Below, in pieces: positions 63,007 through 64,000 of a DNA stretch of 64,000 nt (position 1 is the stretch's first letter; each line of letters begins with the position of its first letter). A program made the position numbers and the translations under genes. A model generated the notes under the pieces. The model made no database searches and was not told the origin of the DNA. It worked only from the letters and a program-made list of their open reading frames with translations. Origin of the DNA: Mustelus asterias (Eukaryota); assembly GCF_964213995.1 (NCBI RefSeq), contig NC_135815.1, forward strand, positions 85,684,001 to 85,748,000, read 5' to 3'.

Positions 63007-63675
63007 GAACATAGAACATAGAACAGTACAGCACAGAACAGGCCCTTCGGCCCACGATGTTGTGCCGAGCTTTATCTGAAACCAAGATCAAGCTATCCCA
63101 CTCCCTGTCATCCTGGTGTGCTCCATGTGCCTATCCAATAACCGCTTCAATGTTCCTAAAGTGTCTGACTCCACTATCACTGCAGGCAGTCCATTCCACA
63201 CCCCAACCACTCTCTGCGTAAAGAACCTACCTCTGATATCCTTCCTGTATCTCCCACCACGAACCCTATAGTTATGCCCCCTTGTAATAGCTCCATCCAC
63301 CCGAGGAAATAGTCTTTGAACATTCACTCTATCTATCCCCTTCATCATTTTATAAACCTCTATTAAGTCTTCCCTCAGCCTCCTCCGCTCCAGAGAGAAC
63401 AGCCCTAGCTCCCTCAACCTTTCCTCATAAGACCTACCCTCCAAACCAGGCAGCATCCTGGTAAATCTCCTCTGCACTCTTTCCAGCGCTTCCACATCCT
63501 TCTTATAGTGAGGTAACCAGAACTGCACACAATATTCCAAATGTGGTCTCACCAAGGTCCTGTACAGTTGCAGCATAACCCCACGGCTCTTAAACTCCAA
63601 CCCCCTGTTAATAAAAGCTAACACACTATAGGCCTTCTTCACAGCTCTATCCACTTGAGTGGCAACCTTTAGAGA
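63007..63675 (-). mobile_element. Young 5'-truncated CR1 inserted in a GC-rich repeat
   Basis: Open RT C-terminus (SLKVATQVDRAVKKAY...RPHLEYCVQFW); tail (TATGTTC)n at 63007-63024. Confidence 0.9.
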
Positions 63676-64000
63676 CTGACAGTTCAGGGCCTCTGTGCAT
63701 ACGCGTGGTCCTGAACTGCCATCCTCACACTCTGCTGGCCAGCCCGGGACCCATGCAGTGCTGTCCCCCAACCCTCCCCCCACAGCCCGATCGCGCCCCC
63801 CCCCCCCGACTATTCACAGACTAGCACCAAACCCTCCCGCCCCACCTCCCCCCACCGTCCCAGACCACCTGTTCTCCAGGCCCCCTTCCCCTGCAGACCA
63901 CCTCCACCACCACCCCCCCAGCAGAATCCCCTCCCCCAATGACCACCTCCCCCAAGCCCGTCCCGGTTGCTGGCCTCCCTCCAGCCCCCATCGATTGCAA

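Overview
Vertebrate genomic DNA, very likely a shark or ray (inferred from HE1-like and Deu-type SINEs, dense CR1 LINEs and Neptune-type Penelope elements). The only host gene I can support is the 3' part of a uronyl 2-O-sulfotransferase (UST)-family gene on the + strand: three coding exons at 10167-10264, 11923-12080 and 45663-45913, the last two separated by a 33.6-kb intron. Most of the rest is transposable elements, often nested. These include an intact full-length CR1 LINE (ORF1, ORF2 and eight 50-bp 5' monomers) inserted at the PBS/LTR junction of a decayed Gypsy element, a 5'-truncated Tx1 LINE, a Penelope-like element with inverted pseudo-LTRs and minimal hammerhead ribozymes, a Rex1-like LINE, a Harbinger-like non-autonomous element, solo LTRs, and many CR1/L2 fragments and SINEs. 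The most unusual items are (1) a 333-bp TSD-flanked retroposon headed by U2 snRNA nt 5-37 with a second internal U2 stem-loop, (2) a ~440-bp cassette with a multi-stem RNA structure inserted in a CR1 3' UTR, and (3) insertions that begin with the Penelope terminus, one of which carries a perfect inverted copy of nearby DNA. Family assignments come from motif recognition only; no database search was run.
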